From: the human T2T-CHM13v2.0 reference genome, Homo sapiens
Length of the DNA stretch: 64,000 nt
Reading direction: 5' to 3' (one strand)
NCBI RefSeq assembly: GCF_009914755.1
Contig: NC_060943.1
Every line of letters begins with the position of its first letter. Within the stretch, counting starts at the first letter, position 1. Positions 37,482 through 64,000 of this stretch are shown one piece after another. Made by a program: the position numbers and the translations under genes. The notes beneath the pieces are model-generated. The model made no database searches, was not told the origin of the DNA, and saw only the letters and a list, made by a program, of their open reading frames with translations.

Positions 37482-38466
37482 TTTTTTTTTTTTTTTGAGG
37501 GGGTGGCAAAAGAGCTTTATTTACACACTGGCACAAGGCCCGCCGGGTGTCAGCTGAAGAAGTAGGTGGAACGCTTCACCAGCTCCAGGTCGAAGGCCCC
37601 TGGCTTGGGCACCACCTGCAGTGTCTCCTTCATCTGGCTGGCCTCCAAGATCTTCTGGGGCTCAGAGCAGAACCGCCTGACCAGGAACCTGGACAGGTCC
37701 TGCAGGATGGACTCGCTGTGCAAGCAAACTGCTCCCGGCACACCTGGTTCATGACGGAGACATCAGCTGCATGGGTCCGGTAACAGTCGTGCACAGAGAC
37801 GAAGGTCAGGCCCTTCCTGTAGCAGTGCAGGGTGGTGAGCATCATGTGTGAGGAGTCCAGCGAGTGGATGAAGTTGGGCCGGAAGCCGTTCTTCTGCTTA
37901 GGTGTGTTGGGCTTCCGGCTGATGTCTCTGTTGTGGGTGTAAGTGATGCTCTGAATTCCACCTCCTGATTGCTTGACCTTGGACTCCAGGCGATACGGCT
38001 GGATGATGGGGACGCCCAGGGGGGTGACCCACTCCACCACAGAGCCCGTGTGGGAGACGAGGTGGGCGCTCTCGATCAGCCAGTGCTGGATGGCCCGGGT
38101 CCCCGAGAACATCTCCTGTAGACTCCTGAAGACCTGGCGTACGAGGTAGTGGGAGGCCTCCCACACGAACTCCTGGGGAAAGTCGTTCAGCTCCCGGAGG
38201 CGCTTCTCAATCTGCAGGCGCCCACCGTAGCGGGTGACCCCGTACACCACGGTCATCACCGTCTGCTTCACCACCTTGCGGGTGATGAAGCCTTCCAGCA
38301 CCTGTGCCACCCGCATGCCCCGCTGGGCGTCCTGCCTACGGAACACCTCCACCTGCGCGGCCACGCTGCTGTACACGTCCTGCGGCACATCCGAGGGCTC
38401 CAGGTTGACCGAGGCGGCGCCCACGCTGTCGCGGCCCAGGGCAGCATAATGCTGTAGGCCGTTGCA
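37482..38466 (-). pseudogene. Processed pseudogene of mitochondrial RNA polymerase (POLRMT), 5'-truncated C-terminal fragment
   Basis: Intronless CNGLQHYAALGRD...RKVVKQTVMTVVYGVT...NFIHSLDSSHM...VSVHDC...KRSTYFFS*. AATAAA at 37521-37516, polyA tail at 37482-37496, TSD tctacta(g/a)ac at 37472-37481 and 38467-38476, frameshift near 37725. Confidence 0.95.
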
Positions 38467-38739
38467 TCTACTAAACATTTAAGGAAGGAATTATACCAAT
38501 TTTCTTCCATGTCTTTTGAAAGACAGAAGCAGAGGAAATATTGCCTAATTCATTTTATGAGGCCAGCATTATACCTAATGCCAAATACAGACAGACATGA
38601 CAAGAAATGAAAAGAGAAAGAAGAAAAGAAGAAAGAAACAAAAAAACTATACAGATTAATATTGCTCACAAACCTAGATGCAAAATCCTCAAGAAAATAT
38701 CAAATCAAATCCAACAATGTATAAAAATAATTACATATG

Positions 38740-41700
38740 TTAACAGGGGTGAGATGACATCTTATCATGGTTTTGACTTGCATTTCCCAGATGATTAGTG
38801 ATGTTGACCATTTTTTAATGTATGTGTTTGCCATTTGTATCTCCTCTTTTGAGAAATGTCTATTCAGATAGTTTGCCTATTTTTTAAAAGGATTATTTTG
38901 AGGTGGTTTTTTTTTGCTATTCAGTTGTTTAAGTTCCTTATGTATTCTAATTACTAATCCCTTGTCAGATGGATAATTTGCAAATATTTTTTCTCATTCT
39001 GTAGGTTGTCTCTTCACTTTGTTGATTTGTTTCTTTGCTGTGCGGAAGCTTTTTGGTTTCGTATGACCCCGTTTGTCTATTTGCTTTTGTTGCCTGTGCT
39101 TTTGAGGTCTTACCAAAAAAAAAATCCTTGCCCAGACCAATGTCCTGAGGTGTCTCCCAGATGTTTTCTTCTACTGGTTCAAAGTGTCGTGTCTTGCATT
39201 TAAGTCTGTAATCTATTGTGATTGTTAATATTGAGTGTCAACTTGATTGGATTGAAGGATGCAAAGTATTTTTCCTGGGTGTGTCTGTGAGGGTGTTGTC
39301 AAAGGAGATTAACATTTGAGTCAGTGGACTGGGAAAGGCAGACCCACCCTCAATCTGGGTGGGCACAATCTAATCAGCTGCCAGTGCAGCCAGAAAAAAA
39401 GCAGGCAGAAAAACGTGAAGAGACTAGACTGGCTTATCGTCCCAGCCTACATCTTTCTCCCTCGCTGGTTGCTTTCTGCCCTTGAACATCAAACTCCAAA
39501 TTCCTCATCTTCGAGACTTGGACTAGTTTCCTTGCTCCTCACCTTGCAGACAGCCTACTGTGGGACCTCACCTTGAGATTGTGTGAGTCAATATTCCTTA
39601 ATAAACCCCCCTTTATATGTACATCTATCCTACTAGTCTGTTGCTCTAAAGACCACTGACTAATACAGATTTTGGCACCAGGAGTGGGGTTCATACATCT
39701 ATCCTATTAGTTCTGTCCCTCTAGAGAACCCTGACTAATACAGATTTTGGTACCAGAAGTGGGGTTCATACATCTATCCTACTAATTCTGTCCCTCTAGA
39801 GAACCCTAACTAATACATCTATCTTGATTTGATTTTTGAATAGGATGAAAGAGAGGGGTCTAGTTTCATTCTTCTAAATATGAAGATCCAGTTTTTTCAG
39901 CACCATTTATTGAAGAGACTTTTTTTCTAACTGAATGGTCTTTGCACTTTTGTCAAAAATTAGTTGGCTCTAAATTCATGGATTTATTTCTGGGTTCTCT
40001 GTTCTGTTCCATTGGTCTATGCATCTCTTTTTATACCAGTACTATATGGTTTTCGCTATAGCTTTGTAGTATAATTTGAAGTTGGCAGTGTAATATCTCC
40101 ATCTAAGTTCTTTTTTCTCAGGACAGCTTTGGCTATTTGGGGTCTTCTGTGATACCACACGAATTTTAGAATTTTTTTGTATTTTTATGAAGAATGTCAT
40201 TGGTATTCTCATAGGAATTGCATTCTATCTCTATATTGCTTTTAGTAGTAGAGTCATTTTTGCAATATTATTTCTTCCAATCCATGAACATGGGATGATG
40301 TTCCATTTTTGAGGGACCTTTTCCATTTCTTTCATCAGTGTTTTATAGCATTTCTTGCAGAGAACTTTCAACTACTTGGTTAAATTTATTCCTAAATATT
40401 ATATATGCACCTATTGTAAATGGCATTGCTTTCTTTTTCTTTTTCTGCTAGCTCATCATTTGTGTATGGGAACACTAGTGATTTTTGTATGCTGATTTTG
40501 AATCCTGCTGCTTTATTGAATTTGTTTACCAGTTCTAAGACAGTTTTGGTGGAGCTTTTAGGGTTTTCTATGCACATATTATGTCATCTTCAAACAGGGA
40601 AAATTTGACATCCTTGCCCTTTATTTCTTTCTCTTGCCTGATTTCTCTGGCCAAGACTTCCAGCACTATGCTGAATAAAAGTGGTGAAGGTGGGCATATT
40701 TGTTTTGTTCCAGTTCTTAGAGGAAAAGCTTTCAGTGTTTCCCCATTTTGTATGATGGTGGCTGTGGATTTTTCATGCCTATCCTTTATTTTGTTAGGTA
40801 TACTTGTTCTATATATTTATTTTGTTATGTATGCTTGTTCTATACCTACTTTGTTTAGTGTTTTTTATCATGAAGAAATGTTGAATTTTATCAAATGCTT
40901 TTCCTGCATTTATTGAGATGATTATATGGTTTTTGCTATTCACTCTGTTGCTCTTCAATAAATATGATGTGATGTCATTTTTTTTATTTGAATATGTCAA
41001 AACATCCTTGCATCCCTGGGATAAATCTCAATTGATCATAGTAAATTATCTTTGTAGTGTGCTGGTGGATTTGATTTCCTAGTATGTCATTGAGAATTAT
41101 TGCACTTCTATTCATCAGCGATATTGGTCTGCTGTTTTCATTTCTTCTTGTGTCCCATTCTGGTTTTGGTATAAGGGTAATGCTGCCTTCATAGAATGAA
41201 TTAAGAAGAACTCTCTTTTCTTTGATTTTTGGAACAGTTTGAAAAGAATGGGTATTAAGTATTTTTTTTAATGTTTGGTAGAATTCAGCATTGAAGCCAT
41301 CAGGTCCTGGGCTTTTCTTTGATGAGAGAGTTTTTATTACTGGTTATATTTCATTACTTGTAATTAGTCTGTTTAGACTCTCTATTTCTTTTTGGTTCAA
41401 TCTTGATAGGTTGTATATGCCTGAGAAATTATACATTTTTACTAGGCTTTCCAATTTGTTGACTCATGGTTGATTGTAATAGACTCCAATGATTCTTTGT
41501 ATTTCTGTGGTATCAATTGTCATGTCTCCTTTTTCATTTCTGATTTCATTTATTTGAGTCTTTCTTTTTTCTTACTTTGTTTAGCTAAACATTTGTTAAT
41601 TTTGTTTATTTTTTTACAAACAAAACTCTTTGTTTTATTGATCTTTTGTATTTTATTTTTACTTTCAATTTCATTTATTTTTGCTCTGATCTTCATTAGT

Positions 41701-42890
41701 TCATTTTTCCTACTAATTTTGAGTTTGGTTTGCTTTTGTTTTTCTTGTTCCTTGAGGTGCATCATTAGATTGTTTATTTGAAATATTTCTACTTTTTTCG
41801 ATGTAGGTGTTTATTGCTATAAAATTCCTTCTTAATACTGCTTTTGCTGTATCCCATAGCTTTTGATACATTGTGTTTATACTTTCATGTGATTCAAGAA
41901 ATTTTAAATGTACTTCCTAATTTTTTATTAATCCATTGGTTGTTCAAGAGCATGTTGTTAATTTTGATGTATTTGTACAGTTTTGAAAGTTATTTCTGTT
42001 ACTGATTTCTAGCTTTATTTCCTTGCCATCAGAAAGTATACTTGATGTGATTTCAGTACTTTTAAACTTGTTGAGACTTGCTTTGTAGCCCAATGTGTGG
42101 TCTCTCCAGGAGATTTTTCCATGTGCTAATGAAAAAAAATGTGTATTCTGCAGCTGTTGCATGAACTATTCTGTCAATGTCTGTTAAGTCTATTTGGTCT
42201 AAAGTGAAATTTAAATACAATGTATCTTTGTTGACTTCCTGTCTAGATGATCTGTCCAGTATTGAGATTGGGTTATTGAAGTCCACAACTATTATTGTAT
42301 GGGAGTCTATCTCTCCCTTTAGATCTAATAATAATTGTTTTCTGTAGCTAGGTGCTCCAGTTTTGGGTGCATATATATTTACTATTGTTATATGCTCTTG
42401 CTGAATTTATCCCTTGTCTGTTTTATTTTTATCTGATATAAACATAGCTACTCCTATTTGCTTTTGGTTCCCACTTGGGTAGAATGTCTTTTTCCATCCC
42501 TTCACTTTCAGTCTATATGTTTTTTGATAGGTAAAGTGAGTTTCTTATGGGAAGCACATAGTTGGGTCATTTAAAAAATCCATTCAGCTAGTCTATATAT
42601 TTTAAGTGGGGGATTTAATCTGTTTACATTCAAAGTTATTATAGGTAAGAACCTTCTTCTGTCATTTTATTCATTGTTTGCTAGTTGTTTTGTATATCTT
42701 TTATTCCTCTCTTCCTCTCTTATTGTTTACGATTGTGGTTTTGGTAGTTTTCTATAGTAATAAGGTTTGATTCTTTTCTCTTATGTGTATCTGCTTTGCC
42801 AGTGGATTTTATACTTTTGCATGTTGTCATGATGGTAATGATCCTCTTTTCACTTCCAGATGCAGGACTCCCTTGAGCATTTCTTGTAAG
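38740..42890 (-). mobile_element. Antisense L1 (L1MA-like) fragment, interrupted by MLT2A
   Basis: Minus-strand ORFs resemble L1 ORF2 (EQEKQKQTKLKISR, AGKAFDKIQH, ENPKSSTKTVLELVNKF). Confidence 0.8.
39217..39817 (+). mobile_element. MLT2A (HERV-L LTR) with triplicated 3' end and two primer-binding sites
   Basis: TGTGATTGTTAATATTGAGTGTCAACTTGATTGG start; TSD tctat at 39212-39216 and 39818-39822. Confidence 0.85.
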
Positions 42891-42983
42891 ACAAAAAGCT
42901 CAATATTGTCAGGATGTCAGTTCTTCCCAACTAAATCTATAGATTCAGTGAAATCACAATGAAAATATCAGAAAGGTTTTGGG

Positions 42984-47369
<4,386 letters not shown>

Positions 47370-47819
47370 CAGAAAGTTTTTTTATGGATATCAGCAATCT
47401 AATTCTACAATTTATATGGAGAGACAAAAGACTCAGAATAACCAACACAATATTGAAGGAGTAGAACATAGTTGGAGGACTGACAATATCCAAGTTTTAA
47501 GACTTACCGTGAAGCTACAGTAACCAAGATGTTGTGGTATTGGTAAAAGAAAAGAGAAATAGGTCAATGGAACAGAATATTAAAAGCCCAAAAAATAGAT
47601 CCAAATAAATATAGGCAACTTATATTTGATAAAGGTGCAAAGGCAATACGATGGTCCCAAATAAAAAATATAATGTATTTGGAGATCAGAATCAAGGCCA
47701 GAGTAACCGAGTGTAGCAAGGGAAGGAGATCAGCTACAGAAGAGATTAGAGAAGTCAACAGGGTTTAGCGATGCAACATCCCTTAGGCTATGAAAGGAGA
47801 TCAATGTTTGTAGCAGGAT

Positions 47820-47825
47820 TTTATT
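47820..47825 (-). terminator. CYP4F11: Candidate CYP4F11 polyA signal AATAAA
   Basis: tttatt on the + strand about 1.13 kb downstream of the stop codon; actual use not verified. Confidence 0.45.
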
Positions 47826-47894
47826 TTGAGACACTGACTGAGGTTTCTCTCATTCTCCTACCACCTCACACAGTCAGGTACCCTCACCATCCTC

Positions 47895-47905
47895 AGGAAA
47901 AAAAG

Positions 47906-47967
<62 letters not shown>

Positions 47968-48040
47968 ATATATGTGTGTGTGTGTGTGTATATATATGTA
48001 TATATGTGTGTGTGTATATATATATATATATACATATCTT
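47895..48040. repeat. Compound A/(TA)n/(TG)n microsatellite in the CYP4F11 3' UTR region
   Basis: Direct reading of the sequence. Confidence 0.9.
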
Positions 48041-48957
48041 ATATGCACAGCCCTCTAGGAGAAGAGGTTGTTCAAGGAGCACAGATATTAGAATTTTTGC
48101 CTTTGAGTTCCAAAACACAGCCTTTAAAGTCGTGGTAGAAATAACGATCTTGAAAGACAACATTCTTTAACAGCCAGACTTTCTGAGACAGGAAATAATA
48201 ATGGCTCCATATATTTAGCATTCATTGTGTGCCAGGCACAGCTCTGAGTCCCTTATATTGAGACCTCAGGAAAACCCTGATATAGGTAATGCTGTTGTCT
48301 CCATTATATGGTTGAGGGAACCGAGGCACAGAGAGAGGAATTAACTTGCTCAAGTCACGCAGCAGAGCCAGGACTTGAGCCCAAGCAGTCTGGCTCCAGA
48401 TCCTATGCCTCTGAAAGTAAGGGAAGAGAGTCACAGAGAGAACGCACTGGGAGGGGGAGAAACAGGGGTGGGAAGTTGGTGGAAAAAGGAACTAAAAATT
48501 TCTGAGAGCCTGCCAGGGTGGAAGCTGCACCCCTTTCCCTTTGTTCTGAGCTGAGGACTCCAGTCTTGGGAGGACATTCCCAGGACAGATGAAGGGATCT
48601 GCCCCTATGGTTGTTTCTCGCTGAATCAGAGTCTCAGTCTTGCTCCTTAAACCCATTCTTAATCCTGTTCCCTCTCCTGCTCAAACACCTCCCAGGGCTC
48701 CCTACTGCCCACAGGATAAAGTTTTTACTTGGGCTCTGGGAGAACCCACTAAGGGCCTAGATGCCCTGTGCTCAGCCAGAGAGGCCGTCAGGGTTTTGGG
48801 TTCAGAGACGTCACCCTGCCTCCACCCACTCACCTCCCTTTCTTAGATCCCACCAGTCCCCAGGAGCCCCATGCTGGCTGTCAACGAGGCTCAAGCAGAG
48901 GTGTCAGCATAGTTTTGTTTCTGGGACTCTACAGAGGTGGGTGGGTGGGTAGGACAG

Positions 48958-62692
<13,735 letters not shown>

Positions 62693-64000
62693 CTGACATG
62701 ATTGAGGACCATCAGTGGCCATGGAGAGGGGTGAGAGAAGGACTTTGGGTATGGAGGAATGCTCCCAGCCAGGGGTGTGCACTTCCACGCATCCCACCCA
62801 GCATAGCAGGAAGAAGGCCAAGGGTAGAGGAAGAAGGGAGGATGGTGGAGGAAGGAGAGACCAGACCAGGCTGCAGCGACAGAGTAGAGCAATAACACAG
62901 CATGCCCCAGCACACAGTGACATATCTCCTACAAGGTCCAACATGTTCTGCAACACCTGAGCATAGCTCAACACTCTACAGAATGCCTTTACAGGGACCT
63001 AGGACACTCTGTCTACTCCCAGCACTCTCTGCTATCTTCTGACATGGATCTGGGACCTGGAATATTGCCCCGACAGTTGTTAACATTCCCTGACATGGCC
63101 AAAACACATATGACAAACCCTAAATGACACAACATGCTCTGCCATGGACCTGAGATGGTCTGATATGACTTCTGTGTATCCCAGTGAAGGGTCCTAGATA
63201 ACATTTAAATATGATGTCACTAATGTCCTAAACATGGCCCGGGTATAACCAAGCCTATTCTTCGGCATAATTCAAATCTACCCTAAGACCTAACTATACT
63301 AAGACTCAAATAATATCTCAGACAGTTCTCAAAGATTCCCTGGGTCCTACACCTTGGACAAGCACCAAACATGGCCAAGACATTTGAAGTAGAATAAAAA
63401 GACAATCTCACACTACATCTCAGACAAGAACCAAAAAGACTCTGACATGCCCCAAATGTCCTCAGCCACAACTGAGCCCCACACATGATGACTTCTGTAT
63501 ATGATCCCAGGTGGAAGCATATACCAGATACAATCAAATATAATGTAGAAAACATAGGCTATATATGGGACCCTTGGAAGAAAGGTGGGCTTTCTGATTG
63601 GAACTGGGCTTCTGAGACTCATCGTTGACACCATATGAAAAGGCAAAGTGACACAGAGAATGGTAAAATCGAGAGAAGGAGACAGATTCCCAGTGATGTG
63701 GATTAATTGACACCTGGATCCAACCATGCCTGAAGACCACTCTCCCCAGACTTACAGCACATTGATTCTCTTTATTTGCTTAGACCACATGAGTCTGAGT
63801 TTCCATCACTCGCAACTGAAAGAGACTTCAGCAGCCAGAGAGAGCTGAGGACCTGCCCAGAGTCACTCAGCATCCTGAGGTTATAGCCATAGTTTCTGTG
63901 GGATGCTTCCCCTGCCCCTGCTTAGTCTGGCCTGTTCAAGCACAGGATGAGCAGAGGTAAAGAAAGGGCCCCAGACTGGGGTGGGATCTCCTACTGGAGA

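Noticed and set aside
37630-38478. T7-phage-like RNA polymerase ORF suggesting a viral or horizontally acquired gene
   Set aside because: It matches the host POLRMT C-terminus, including its stop, 3' UTR, AATAAA, polyA tail and TSD; it is an L1-mediated retrocopy

Overview
Human (primate) genomic DNA from the CYP4F cytochrome P450 cluster, recognised as chr19p13 from the protein sequences. Both genes lie on the minus strand. CYP4F2 is complete (13 exons, about 13384-33310; the spliced CDS I reconstructed is 1563 nt = 520 aa). The 3' ten coding exons of CYP4F11 run from 48958 to 62692; its 5' part lies beyond the window. This CYP4F2 copy reads Gly12 and Met433, i.e. the W12G+V433M variant haplotype. 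Extra CYP4F modules: (1) an intact 145-nt CYP4F3A-type alternative exon in CYP4F2 intron 3, whose counterpart is deleted in CYP4F11; (2) a detached CYP4F last exon 6 kb downstream of CYP4F2 that keeps its acceptor, heme Cys and AATAAA. Between the two genes, one old L1 carries two processed pseudogenes (a POLRMT C-terminal fragment and full-length IPMK), and a solo LTR12 1 kb upstream of CYP4F2 points antisense into both. Other structure: an inverted repeat bracketing the CYP4F2 promoter and exons 1-2, a CYP4F2-specific 2.1-kb intronic minisatellite, a solo LTR10 with AP-1 sites, and many Alu/L1/LTR repeats. Repeat subfamily names and variant IDs are from recall, not from a search. I see no evidence of a wholly new system; the best novel leads are untested splicing and antisense hypotheses.
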